Part shown: positions 28,701 through 43,700 of the stretch, in pieces
How the letters are laid out: each line of letters begins with the position of its first letter
How positions within the stretch are numbered: the stretch's first letter is position 1
Made by a program: the position numbers and the translations under genes
NCBI GenBank assembly: GCA_044892525.1
Contig: CM097885.1
Location: 114,886,001-114,950,000 of the forward strand
DNA: 64,000 nucleotides
Direction: 5' to 3'
Source of the DNA: Schmidtea polychroa
Taxonomy: Eukaryota
Notes under the pieces: model-generated
Databases searched by the model: none
The model's input: only the letters and a program-made list of their open reading frames with translations
Told to the model about the DNA's origin: nothing

Positions 28701-31700
28701 NNAAAAATTAATATAAAATGTTAATGAAAATAATATAATTCTTTTATTATAATTATGATAATAAAAATAATAAAAATAATAAAAATAATAAAAATAAAAA
28801 TAATAATTATTTTTATAATTCCTCAAATATAAAGAAAGGGTTTTAATAAATAAATAATTTAATTTTTTTTATAGTTAAAGTAATTAATGATTTAATTTAC
28901 CTTTTCAATTTTCAAAGAATTTATATTGTCGAAACATTTTTTCAAATGCGGTAAAACTTTATCTGGGTTTTTGCTTTGACCCAATATTTCTAGTAAATCA
29001 TCATTGGAAATAAAATAAAATCTAGGGAAAATATTTCTCTTTGTTTCTAAATACATGTCAAGGGATTTCTGAATGTCTTCTAGACAAGTATTCATTGCAT
29101 TAAACGTTTCTAGTAGTCCTAATATGAAAATAATTTAATGAATTAATAATTTCTAGGTATTATATTTCAAATATTTCATAATTATTTAGTGACAGTATAT
29201 TAAATAAATTAAATTAAACTTACAAAATTTGAATTTAAAAGGGTTGTTCCAAAGATGTGATCAGGTTTTTTACGCAAGTTTTTAAATTTACATTTCTAAT
29301 AAAATCAGTGTTGTAGAGGAGCCGGCACCAAAGCTCAAGAATAATTAGTCTATATCTGTAAATTTTTGGTTAATTAAATCTGGTGACGAAAATTTGAAAA
29401 AAGTATGTATTTATTAGATGTCGAGTTTTCTGATGTCGAAATTGCAGAAAATGTTTGATGTAAAATAGTTTACAAAGGATTTACTTTATTTACAAAGGAT
29501 CGATTATGTAAATAAATCGAACTTTTATTAGTTAAGATTTTCATATTCCTTTTCATATTCATTACTTTTATTTTCAAATTTACAATTTAAAATCTCTGGA
29601 AACGACAAAAGAAATTTAGGACTACATCACTGAATAAAATATTAAATTTTCCAAACAAAGAATCATTTTATGGAGAAGGTTCGATTTTCGGGTTTGTATC
29701 ATTTTGAAAGATAACACATTCCGCAGATTTTACAACAATATTTTTTGTAAAACTTTGATGTAAATCAATATATTATCAATATATTATTTCTCAGAGTTAC
29801 CACTATTATTACCACCACTTTTTCAGCAACATTTGAACTCATTTATCTCAATTATATCATCATTTATTGTTTTATTGTCAGTAACACATTTTCTTCTACT
29901 AATACCATATTTGATTCAACCTCACTTTCTAAATTTGTGTTCCCAGTAGTAAAATAGTGTGTCAATATAAAGGCATTTTCTAAATTTAAGTGTCGAAAAT
30001 AAATTTTGTGTGTGAAAAAAGTAATTTTATAATTTAATAAATTTTACATGTAGGAAAGAATCATAAGTCATATTAATGTATCAAAATCGTAGTTTCAAGG
30101 TCAGTGGTTATTTATGATGTTTACTGGTTGTTTTTAAATTCTAGTATGAATGTGTTTGCAGGTATTCTATATCAATAATTAGCAAACTAATAAACTCCCT
30201 TTTTAGATATTATGTAATGAAGAGTTATATAATAACGTGTTAGAGATTTCATGGCCGAATAAAAATTTGTTACAACTATGTATCTGTGTTTTTCAGACTT
30301 TTCTCGCTCGCGGCACGCCTGATTTTTACAAATTTTTTGATTTTCTAATGATATATAAAAAAGATACTTTTTAGTCTATGCTAATTAAATATTATTACGA
30401 GAGATTTTATAAGGTAATAAAGACAATTCTTTGTAATTTTGATCCACTTTTTCATAGTAAAAAGCTTGATATAGCTTTTGTAAATTTTTTTTATTACTAA
30501 CTTTTTTGAGAAACACTGATGTATCTTCTTAACACTACAAATTTTGTAAGGACTAATGAATTTAAATGTATATCGTGAAAACTTGTGATGCAAATAATGT
30601 ATCCACATGGTTGGATTATTAAGTAATTATTGAACATAAGAAGTGAAACAAGTAATTTTTCCAACAAAAACATTAATAATCCAACATTTTAAACGTTGAT
30701 ATAAAAGTAATATAAAATAAAAATTTAAATTTTCATAATTCGCGAACAACTCTGGAAAATGTAAAAAATTAAATGATTTTTTTACATATTAATGAAAATA
30801 ATATAATAACCTTCTTTTTTGCCACATGCACGGGCATTTCTAATTTGATTCAATTCTGTCATAATCACTCTCCATTGTTTATTTATTTTATCAAAATCTG
30901 CTGATTCTTTTGGAAGTTGTTTCCGAATATCTTCTCCTAGAAATATGTTTTCCAAATACAACCATTGTCTTTGAACAGTCAACAGCATTTCAACCGTTTC
31001 TTGGATATGTGACAAATCTCTTTCCCATTTATCTACTTCATGCTCAAACGGTTTAACAAATCGAGATGTTTTCATGTTTGATAAAGTATTCTAAAAATTA
31101 GAGATATGAATTTTTTAAGTTAGAATTCAATTTTTTACAATTTTTTACAGTAGCTTTTTTTAGATTGTTTACAGTATTTGTTGAAAATGTTTTTTCCATT
31201 AAAACTAGTTTAAAATCTTTAATTTAATTTTGATTTTAATTAGTAAGATAAACTTGATTAATTTCGTAATTAAAAAATTTTCATTCTGTAAAATAAATTA
31301 TTCAGATTTGTTCGAAAAAGAAAAAATCCAAAAAAGAGGTTCCTATTAAAATATATATACAATTTAATTTATGTTTTTAAATGTAGTTTGAAACAAAAAT
31401 AATAATATACTCTATTATCGTCAAGAGTTTGATAGAGGTCATCTATTCCAGATAGTAGAAAGTGATTCTTTTCTTTATCTTTATGAGGTATTATTTCCAG
31501 TTCTACACTCTCCCATAATTTTTCCATTCCTTTCAAGGCATTTTCTATAGCTAACTCTTTTGTAGCAGCTCCGCTTACTTCATTTATCATTTCTGCATGT
31601 TGGTCGAAATTCAAATCAATAATTTTCTCTAAAGTAAAATCGGAAGATTCTTCATCAAATTGTTTGCGGATTTCGTTCTACAATATGATAAATAATCTTG

Positions 31701-34700
31701 TAAAATAATTAATCTTGTAAAATAACTTTAATTTGAAACCAATGTCGGTCTCGCATAGCTTCGTTTCGTAAGTCAGTTATCAAAGGCATTGTTCGTCTGA
31801 ATTGATCAACTCGATTTTTTGTATATTCAATAATTTCCCAATTTTTTTCCTAAATAACAAACATAACAATAAATATAAAACTTCTCTAAATCACTTTCAG
31901 ATCACGAGAAAATTTTGTTGCCTTTCTGAATGAACTATTAGCTAGATTTTCCATTTCTCCAGTTTTTAATTCAATAAATTTGCCAGATTTCCACTGAGTC
32001 CAATTCGTTTCCCATTCAAGAGCTAATTTCCAAATATTTTCAATGTTGTCTAAGTCCTAAAAATTATATAAAGTTAAATAATTTTAAAATCAGTTTAAAA
32101 TCAGTGACAATAATCTTCAAATGTGAGCGAGTTATGTGATCCAAATCCATGACGTGAAAATAATATAATACTTGAGATATTACATCAATTATTAAAGTGT
32201 AGTCTAATATCGATATATAGGGAACACTTTTGATCAACTCTTCAAATTGATCAAGACATTTAATTATCGATTGTTTTTCCAACCATTTCTGAGGAATTCC
32301 CCAAAGAACACCAAATGATGAATGATAGGAATCTGTTTCTTCATTTAAATTCCAATTTAAATGATTTTGATTTTTAAGAATATAGCATTCATTTTGAGCT
32401 TGATACTTTTCCATATTATCAAGAAGTATTCTGAAAGTCTTTTAGAAACATTATATTTATTTATACTAAGCGAGAATTAAATTACAGTGATGTTTAATTT
32501 TCAGAAATGATTAACACTAGATTTACAGACTGAGCCAATTTGACTCATTTAAAATTTTATTGCTACATATTTATTATTTTTTGAATACATATGTTGGTTT
32601 TTAGAAACGTCATGAAATATAGGTAAATATTAATTACTCTACTATACCGACTCCCTCATTTCACATATCGAATATATACCTATTTTTACGGCTATTTTTA
32701 TCCTTAAATCTAGTGTTAAGCAGACATTTTCAACTTACCCATATTGTTAATTTTCAATATTATTCAGAGTCAAATTTAAATAAATATACGTTTTGCCTAA
32801 AATTCGATATTTAATAAGTACTTTAGTGAAATAGTTGACATTGAAGAGATAAATATTTTAGGAATTCATCTAGAAAATATTTTGATACAAGTTTGTATCA
32901 AATATTTGTATCAAAATATGTTCTAAAAGAAAATCATATTAGAAAATTAGAACCCCATTTTCCAAATGTTCAAATTCTCTGTATTTTTAAAATAAAAATT
33001 CCCATAATCAGACATTTTTCTTCGTTAAATCTTTACTGCTCTTCTACCAGACAATACTGCTTTTCGAAAAAATTATAGGAATATACAGAAATATATAGAA
33101 AATAAATAATGTTATAAATAATGTTTGCAGTAAATCAATTAAAATGTCCATTTACAAAACGTTCTTTCTTCTTTCTTTTTGAACACTTTGTAATTCATTG
33201 TAATTCAGGACGTTCCATAGATCAAATAATATTCTAATACAATATTCAAAATAATATTCAAACAATAATTAACAGAAGCACATTCGTCAAAACCTTTCTC
33301 GCAATCAATGCCCACAAGAAATATTATTTTACAAATGAAATCTTCACTAATAAGGAAAGCATTTTCCAAAAATAGAAGCTTTATTGATTCAACGCTGAAG
33401 AATTTTCCAAAATCGAAAAAATGGCGAAAAATATTTTAAAACATAAACTGGATGAAGAAGAATTAAAGAAATTTTTAATGGTAGAGAAATAAAGATAGAG
33501 AAATAAATATTGAAGTTTCTGCAATGAATAAAAAATGAATACAAAACTTTACCATATATATAATTTTAGAAACCAATCAGACAAAAAGCATTTTATCGAA
33601 GAAACAAGAAGAGAACAAATGGTTGCAAAAGGATGGATACTGATGGAAAGAAGTAGAGTTTATAATTCTAGAGAATATCAAATTCAAACACATGGTCAAC
33701 AGCATGTTGGGCATGTCAGGAAGGCAATAAAAGATCAGAATGCCCCAATATTCGCTGTGCACATTGCAGGACAGCAGGACACTTCAAACACCAATGCCAT
33801 GATCTGTTTCAGAAAGACATCGAAAATTTCAGAAAATGGTTGATGCATTCGACGATGAGAATCAAGATGCCGGATTCTTTTCAAAATTTAAAAATGAAAT
33901 TAACATCTACACCTGCTTTTAAGTTTCTCGATTTTATTAAGCCATTCATATTGAATACAGATACTTACTTTGATCGCATCGGTGCTGTATTATCTGAAAC
34001 AGAAGGAAATAAAGAAAGAAAATATGGATCTCAGGCCATGAATAAATATGAAATAATATTACATAATAATAATAATAAATAATATTGCAACTATTGAATA
34101 ACGCGAGGGAATCGCTATCTATATTTTATTTTACGAATCATCTTAAAATTATATCATGTTTATTTATAAGAACAGATCACTAAAAAAACTCCTCAATTTC
34201 AAACATTTAGACATCTCAATTTAGATATACAATACAGAAAAGGGTAAAATAATAGCAACACCGACGCTAAGATGGGTAAGTTAAAAACGAAATTGTTAAC
34301 ATTAATGACAGAAAATATTGAAAAAAAATGCAAAAGAATTCCAGTGAAATTGAAAAGTTGAAAGAAAATATCGATAATAACCCGAATAAAACATTATTTA
34401 AATGCATAAATGGAGTCGTGTAGACAACTGATAACAAAATTTGGATTCCAAATTCGACGTTCCAAAAAAATTTTAAGAAAACTCCAGCTGAAATGGTGTT
34501 TGATAAAAAGATTTATAGTGAATGGTTTTCAGAAACTCCTGAAAGATAAAAGAATCAATCAAATAACAAATCGCAAATTTCAAATTAGAGATTATGTTTG
34601 GTTTAAATAAAATTCAAATAAAATTCAAAATAGATAAATATGAAAGAAAAATGGAAAATGAACTTTATTTAGAAATATTGAGTGGCCGAAAGCTTTTAAA

Positions 34701-37700
34701 CAAGAGGTGTTATAAAATACTATTTTTGTATATTGCTTGTATGTTGAAATCCTTACTTTTGTATTAATAATCTCCTCAAAAAACTTATGATTTGATTTGT
34801 TTAAATATTATTGTTATTAAATAATAAAACTTTGTATTCAAAATCTTGATTTTAAATGGATTCAAATAATACCAGAAACTCTGACTAACATATTGCATTT
34901 AACATGTAACTTACTTTTTCTAAAGCTGCAATTTCTTTTGACGGTGGTTGTTCAATTTTAAATAAATTTAGTCCACGTCGAATTTCTTGTTCTTGAATTT
35001 TTAATGATTCCAAAGAAGACTTAAAATTAGCAATTTTAGCTAAAGCTTCTTGTGGAGGAATACTTGCAGAAAATGGGCCATTTGTCTGAAAATCCATAAT
35101 GAGAGCAGAAACTTGTTTCTTGAAATCATCAGATTGAACCAATAAACCAGTTTTAAACTTGTCTTTAGACTTCTTAATCATCTTAATTGAAAAATATTAT
35201 AATTAACTCGGTTTTGTAACTGATTACTTGTTCAGCATCCACTAATGCTTGAAGAAAGTCTTGCCATTCCTTTTCAAGGTTTTGTTTCTTTAGATGAATA
35301 TCTTCACTATACTGAACTTCATACTTATCGAGAATAATAAAATGTTCATCTAGTGGATGAAACTTTTCTTGAATATGATTCTTTTCTTCATTCAACTTAT
35401 CTAATAACCTCATAGATTCTCCAAGTTCTTCTAAATTTTGAGGTATTTTGGAAACTCTAAAAACAATATACAATAAAATTACTATCATAAACAAAAATAA
35501 TTATTCAAAAAAAGAGAATTCTCGACTATAGAAAATAACTCATGGCTTAGATACGTTCCTGAATAATTGGTTGTAAAACAAATACAATTTAAAAGTTACA
35601 TACAAATCTTACTTTTAAGATGTATTTATATAAACCAGGGTATTTATATAAACCGGTAGATCGCGAAGGATTTTTTAGTAGATCTTCATAAAAAAATATT
35701 TTTTATATAAATTTAGATTTTATATAAAATTTCTGTTTTATGCTTAAATTTTTGTGTAACAAAGTGAAAAATTTTCTTAAGCTTTTTTGTTAAATTAATT
35801 TTGTTTAAAAATGCTAAATAAAAAAGCCAAGACTTATCATTATAGCGAAGAAATGGAGAAGGAGTAGTTTTTTGTAATGATTAAAGGTAAATGTTGTTGC
35901 TTAATTTGTAAAGCTACTATTTCATTACCAAAAAGAGGGAATTTGGAAAGGCATTTCAAGACAATTCATAAGAATTTTGCAGTTGATTATCCACTTGACA
36001 GTGAACTACGCAAGTCTAAAATCATGGAACTGAAAACATGCATTTCTTTTCAACAGTCATTTTTTACGAAGCTAACATCCAAATCAAAGTCAGCTACAGC
36101 TGCATCTTTCCGAGTAAGCTACATTCTGGCAAAAAATAAGAAATCTTTTAGTGATGGAGTAATTGTAAAAGAAGCATTTTTAGAAGCGGCAGAATCATTA
36201 TTTTGTGATTTTAAAAATAAATCAGATATAATTTCTGCTATTACTGATATGCAATTGTCCCGTAATACAGTAACACGGAGAGTCCAATAAATAAGTACCA
36301 ATTTAAAAAATCAGTTAATGTTAGGAAGAATTATTAACAATTATACCACTCAAAAGTAAAACTCGAGGTGAGGATATATTTCAGAATTTTAAAGCTTATG
36401 CCAACAGCATTCAGCTCCAAATTTGTAAGCTTGTATTTTTTTATAATAAATAGTTATATAGTTTAATTTTCCATATTTTGACATATATTTGTTTTATTGT
36501 GATGAATTTATTGCATTGTAGGTAAATATTATGTAAGTATTAAAAAAGTAGATCGCATACACATTTTGGATGTGAATGTAGCTCTCCTAGAAAAATTAGT
36601 GGGCACCCCTGATATAAACTATTCATATTTATAGCATTTATATTTTATTATTTGAATGTTGTTGTATGTTGAAATTCAATGTTGAAATTGTTCGAAATAT
36701 TATTTGGATATGAATTAATTACCCAGAAATGAATTAAGAAAATACTTTGTTTAAATAATATATAATTATTCACGACTTTGAATTTATTAATATCTAAAAT
36801 TAAAACGAATCCTAACATATTTTTTGAGCTTACTCAGACAGCCTAAGTACACAGGAGTTTTTGTCAAAGCGTTTCTATCAATGGAAGCAACGTGAAAGTT
36901 CAAGGAAATGGATCCTGAAATTCGCTACAAGAAAAGATTTAACGATGCCTTTATGAAGCCATCTAACTTAGCAAATGATCTCAAAGAAGCCTTATCATTT
37001 CGAAGAGGAGAAACAATTATGAATTTTTTAAAGAATGTAGTCAGACATAATCTGACAGATTTGAAAATATTTTTGATCCAAAATGCTCTCGACGATAGAG
37101 AAATTTTGAAAGATTTAAAATTACAAGGAATAAAAACATTCAAAGAAATAAAAATTCGATTGGTCAAATATGATGATATTAAAAAAGAAATTGAAATCGA
37201 AAACATTGCTTCGATACAGCATGTAAAGAAAAACTATGCTAAGGTAGCGATGTTGAATGAAGGACAAACGTGGAACCAAAGAAAACCTTTTCATCGTCAA
37301 AGGAATGAAAGAATCGAACAAAGTCGGAATGTGGGACGACCGGAAACAAATACTCAAAGATCAGAAAATCGAAATGAGCGGGAAAATACCAGATATCAAG
37401 GACGATTTCGAGAAGGACAACAGTGGCCCGCTAGACATTTTAACGGATCGATTAGGAGAAATGTTTATCCAAACCAAGATAATCGCATGAGAAGATTTTG
37501 GGCTTCTAGAGAAGAAGGTCATCTAAGATCAGAATACCCAAATGTCAAATGTAACCATTGTCACAAGAATGGACACTTCAAACACCAGTGTTATGAAGTT
37601 AGTTCACAAAAGAAGTTCTCGGTACATGGTTGCTTTCTGTACCGATGGATGGAAATGTTTGTGATTGTGAATGTATGTAATTTGAATGATGATATGTATT

Positions 37701-40700
37701 TTGATAATAGTTTGAATGAACTTAATAATTATAATAATTATGATTTATATAATTTAAATGAAAATAAATTAATTTTTAAACCATATCGCTCTAGTAACGT
37801 TAAAAGTCCGAATACTTTCAATATAAAAGTGGAAAATCCTAAAGAATTTATAATTAATTATAACCATATAAATAAAGAAAAGCAATGTGTATGCTTGATA
37901 CAGAGGCAAAGATTAGTGTTTTAGAATACGAGATTTATAAAATATTTGAAAACGTAACATTGGAGAATGGGAAAGATAAATATAACTGTAACTGTAGGGG
38001 GTATCTTAAAACCAATAGAACTCTATGTTACTTGAGGAGTTGTTCCAAAAATAATTGGGGGGGACAAATTTTTTAATGGAATTTAATATATATTTACAAA
38101 GAACCGATAGTGAGAAATATGAGATAAGTTATATTGAACAAAAGAAAAAGGATTTTAAAAAAATGGAAAAAGAAGAAAAAGAAATCGAGAAATTGATTGA
38201 AAGATATGAAACAGTATTTATGAAACATAATAGTACAGAAACAGTACAACATGAGATAAATACGACAGGACCTCCAATTGTTATTAATCCAAAACGTCAA
38301 CCGGTACACCTCTTATCGAAAATATAAGAAAATATTAAAGAGATGGAAAAGAATGATATTATAAAGAAATGCGAATCACCTTGGAATTCGCCACTGATAT
38401 GCATTAAAAAGAAAGACAAAAATGAAATAAGGATTTGCTTATATTTTCGAGCATTAAATTTAGTAACAGAGCGACCTATTTTTGAAATACCAAATACAGA
38501 AGAAATGATGGACGTTCTTAATGCTGATGTTTTATCACGAAACGAATGTGACAAATGCATACAGTGCCAAACAAAATATGATGAACCAAAGAAAAGCAGG
38601 TTGAAGATTCTAGGAGATGATGGTTACATGTGGCAAAATAACTCTATAGAGATTGCTGATATAAGTGAGAAAATACTGAAAGGAGAAGAAATCAAATTTG
38701 AAATTAACAACCCTAACCAAAGGAAAAGATAAGACAATTCTTAGAACACACTCATCAAACGTTATGCCACGCAGGAGTGAAAAGCGTACAAGATTATATT
38801 TCACAAAAATTGGATTTTGAAAATAAACGTGAACAAATTGAGATTATAATCTACAGTTGTAAAGAATGCCAAAGAAGAAAAACATTGACAATACGAACGA
38901 AAGAAACTATTTTAAAACATAATAATTCGAATTTATTTGAGACGATTTTTATTGAATTTTGTGGACCAATATGGATTCAGACGTTAAAGAATACGTGAAT
39001 ATTATAAGTAAAAAAAGAGAAACAATTACATCTCAATTGGAAAAAATTGAAAGAAAAGTAGATATATATCATTAAACGCAGTATCAAAACAAGACAAGAA
39101 TACAATATCACCTATTTTGAAGAATAATTGGAATACACTAGAGCCTCGAGTTGCGTTGTCCCAACTTGCGTCCTTTCGAGTTGCGCCAAAAAAATTTTCG
39201 ATACCCTAATTTTGAGTTGCGTTGCTAATTTTCGAAATGCGTCGAAAAAAAGTTTTAAAATAAAATTTAATCAAAAAATAGCATAACGTCTATATTCAAA
39301 AATTAAACTTTAAACCGAAACTAGAATGCCATGATTTATTTTTAAATGCAGCTGCAAATGAAATAATTTTTTATTGTGTATTTATTAGTATATAAGTCTA
39401 GTTCTTAGTTGTTTGCATAACTTATAACTTATAACGTTTAAGTGTTTCTTGCTTTTTTAATAATAATTGTTTTAAATTCTAAAAACTCAATTACAATATA
39501 TATACATTTCTCAAAGGTATTACATTTTGTTTATTGTTTTTTATTATTTTTTTGGTTTGTAATTGATTTTTTGAAATATTTTTTATTTTTTTAATATTTT
39601 TTATCTGCACAACATTTGTTTGAAAGGTGAGGCAGCTAGTGCAGATCTCACAGCAGCAAATGATTTTAATAAAATATTGAAGGCTGTTATACAGGAAGGT
39701 GGCTACAGTTCTAAACAGGTGTTTAATATTGATGAAACAGGTTTGTTTTGGAAACGTCTGCCGAAAAGAACCTATATAGCAAAAACAGAATCTTCTGCAC
39801 CTGGTTTTAAAGTAAGTAAAGATCGCCTAACTATACTTCTTGGAGGCAATGCCAATGGTGACTTCAAACTAAAACCATTGTTAGTTTATCAGGCTGAGAA
39901 TCCTAGAGCTCTAAAAGGTGTTGATAAAAGAAATCTTCCTGTGCATTGGCGATCTAATAAAAAAGCTTGGGTCACTGTTTCTTTGTTTGTTGATTGGTTG
40001 GTCAAATGCGCCATTCCTGAGTTCAAAAACTATTGCAAACGGGAAAATTTAACTTTTAAAATATTGGTATTACTGGATAATGCACCAGGACATCCAACAT
40101 ATATAGATGATCTATCAGATAATGTAAAATTTTTATTTATGCCTCCAAACACAACTTCACTTATTCAACCAATGGATCAAGGAGTAATCTCAAATTTTAA
40201 GTCATACTATATTCGCCGGAAATTTAAACAGCTACTGCATGCTGCCGATGCAAATGAAGAAACTTCTATGGCTGTATTTTGGAAAAACTACAATGTATTG
40301 AAAGCTGTTAAAAAAATTGGTGATTCTTGGGCAGAAGTAAAATCCTCTTGTATGAATGGTGTATGGCAAAAAATATGGCCAGAATGTACAGCAACTTTTA
40401 CTGAAGTTGACGATGTGCCATTAGTTCGGGCAGAAATAGTTAACTTAGCCCAAGAAGCTCATTTCGAAGGATTGGACGAGGCCGATTTCGATGAAATTTG
40501 AAATGTAGAAGAGGATTTTGATGTTAGTACCGCAGATTTAATTGAAGTGGCTCAAAATATTTATGAGAATGACGACAATTCCGTAGAAGTACCAGAAGTG
40601 AAACAATTAACAACAAAGGGTATGGGGAAAGCAATTAAATTAATATCTGAGGCATTAGAAATATTTGTTGCAGAAAATCCAGATACTGATCAAAGTACAA

Positions 40701-43700
40701 AGGTTACTCAAGCTGTAGAGGCCTCCATCAGCTGTTATAAAAAAATTATTAAGACGACAGGAGGATCTACTAAGGAACTTCATACACATTTAAAAGGTAT
40801 TCATAATATTGATACGCGAAAAAACGATGGACATGATGATCCAACTACATCTCAAACCCAAAGTATTTCTACATGCAAGAAACGAAAACTAACAGACTAT
40901 TTTGCTATTAAAGACGATAAATCACTTGAAGCCACAATTTAGAGAATGGTAGTACGAAATGGATTTCCATTTTTAGTATTTGTTACTTCAAATGATCTAA
41001 GAAGTGCACTAACGGCAAAAGGATATGAGTTACAAAATCTGAACAGTTTCAGAAAAATGACTTTGGAATATGCTATGAAAATTCTGGTCATATAATATGA
41101 AAGAAATTGAGTACGAAATTAAAGAAGGACAGTGTTTAGTGCTTCATTTGATGAGTGGACATCTAATCGAGGTCGCAGGTACAGGAATGTCAATGTTCAT
41201 GGTAACTCTTCAAAATTCTGGAATTTGGGCCTTGTCCGTGTGCTTGGATCAATGACAGCCGAAGTATATGTAGAGCAAATAAGTAAGAGGCTGGATAAAT
41301 ATAATTTGTCTCTCACTAATGATATCATATCCATTGTTACAACGTTGAAAAGTTGGTAAACTTATCTCTCCAGAACAACAACTGTCTTGCAAATTTGAAC
41401 GTTTTGTACAAAAAGAATTTTGTTCGTGAAAATGACGACAACGTTGAAATAGCAACAGACTTTGATGAAGCCAATCAGATTATGAAGATAGAAAGGGAAA
41501 GAAATTTTTCTAAAATAAATTTAAAAGATTAAAAATGAAAATTATAAAAAAATTATGAAAAATGTTCTCCAAAAATTTTGATAAGACTTTTTGATCTTAG
41601 ATATTTAATATTTCAAAATTTCAAAATTTCAAACTAAATTACTTTTCCGACATATCCAACATATAGTTGTGCAAATACATTAGTGATTTTGTTGCCATTG
41701 CTAAAAGGAGATTTGTCAGTTTTTGCTGCCAATCACGACAGTGAGCAGCAATGCTATTTTTTAACATTGAAAAATCTAATTGAAGAAATTTAACTGTGAC
41801 CATAGCTTCAGCATCCAGAGCTTTATTTGTAACTTCGGTATATCTGTATNNNNNNNNNNNNNNNNNNNNNNNNNNNNNNNNNNNNNNNNNNNNNNNNNNN
41901 NNNNNNNNNNNNNNNNNNNNNNNNNNNNNNNNNNNNNNNNNNNNNNNNNNNNNNNNNNNNNNNNNNNNNNNNNNNNNNNNNNNNNNNNNNNNNNNNNNNN
42001 NNNNNNNNNNNNNNNNNNNNNNNNNNNNNNNNNNNNNNNNNNNNNNNNNNNNNNNNNNNNNNNNNNNNNNNNNNNNNNNNNNNNNNNNNTACAAATAAAT
42101 CATTATAGCTTACCGACTAATATCAGCATCTATTGAGTAAACATGTGGATTTAAATCACAATATTGACTAATAAATTCTTCTTTGTTCAATTCCCAAATT
42201 TCTCGAAATTGATCCCAATAGCCTAATGGTTCTTGAATAGCTGAACTGATATCCTGCATTCCATGTCTAATATTTGTTTGTATTTTTGTAATTTCATCAT
42301 CTGTTGATATGAATTCCCATATAGACTAAATTTACAAATGTGAAAACAAAGTCAAAAAGATATAATATCTATTTGGTGCATTTAATAATAATTTGAACTA
42401 AATCGTAATTATTTATAGAAATTTTTATATATTTTATATAAAATTATCATAGTATAATCTGTAGCAATTATCTGTCAAAACGAAAAAAATCTTTACTATT
42501 TACTAAAGCAAATTTTAATTGAATTCAAAGATACTTAAATCGCAACAATTTTTTCTATTTGATGAGACAATACTATAAAACAGCGGTTCTTAAACTGTGG
42601 TCCGCGGTTTTATTTTATCTAAATTCTAATAGATTTGCAAATTGGCATAAATCAAGTCGAAATAAAATCGTTGATTTTCCATTTAAATTTGAAAAATAAA
42701 AATAGTAATAGTAACCATGGAAATAAATTCTTTAAAAAGAACGGCCATCTGCGTTAAAAACTAGTTTTTCTTTAAATTGATTTTCCTTTAAGTTAATTTT
42801 CCAGTGAAATCAGTTTACCAACTATAATAAAAGTGACGACAAGTAATTGTTTTAAATAAAGGGTAAGAAATTTATAAATATAATCACTTTTATTAGTTAT
42901 TTGGTACTATAATTATAATTTTATGTTTTCCTAGTAATTATGGATCAATGGTTGAAATTCAGTAAGTTACCAAAACGCAAAAACAACCAACGAGACGATT
43001 CTGATTCTGATGAACATGATATCCCATCATGTTTCAAGGCAAAGAAGACACTGATGTGCAAAACACGAAAATATTCTGTCGAATACTTATCATTGGGATA
43101 CATTTACATTATTTGTGTTATTTGTAACTGCCATTTGTCAAACGAATCGATGAAACCAGCAAAACTTCGCCAACATTTAGAATCGAAACATAGGGATTAT
43201 GTAAACAAACCGGTTGAATATTTTAAAATGAAATTATATGAACTACAAGCAAGCCAAAAATTGATTAAAAAAACCGTCACATGAAGTAATAATGAACATG
43301 CATCATTTCAAGTGTCTCTGGAAAATAAAAATCTGGAAAACCCTACACTATCGCAGAAAATTTAATTCTTCCAGCTGCTAAAACAATAGTCTCAACAATG
43401 ATAGGAAGCAAAGCTGCCCAAGACCTTAACTTAATCCCGCTTTCAAACGACACAGTTAAAAATAATATCAGTGAGATACCCAGAATATTAAGGACCAATT
43501 GATTGAACGTGTTTTGAAGAGTCAATTTTACTCATTGCAACTGGATGAAACTACAGATATTGCGAGCAACCCAAATTTGCTCTCATTCATTCGATATGAA
43601 TTTAGCGGTAAGATTTATATGAAGATTTTTTGTTTTGCAAGTTGCTTCCAACACGGACAACTGGGGCTGAAATATTTTGCTGATTGAACAACTTTATAAC

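Noticed and set aside
28730-28815. AATAAT/ATAAAA low-complexity run and the YFYYFYY ORF
   Set aside because: Simple-sequence repeat next to a gap; not coding.
29700-30620. Codon-like minus-strand stretches in the intron between exons 17 and 18
   Set aside because: Multiple stops in all frames and no recognisable motif; not needed for the dynein frame.
42573-42580. TSD for the Buster-like element
   Set aside because: Left CTATAAAA and right GTCTATGA do not match, so no TSD is claimed.
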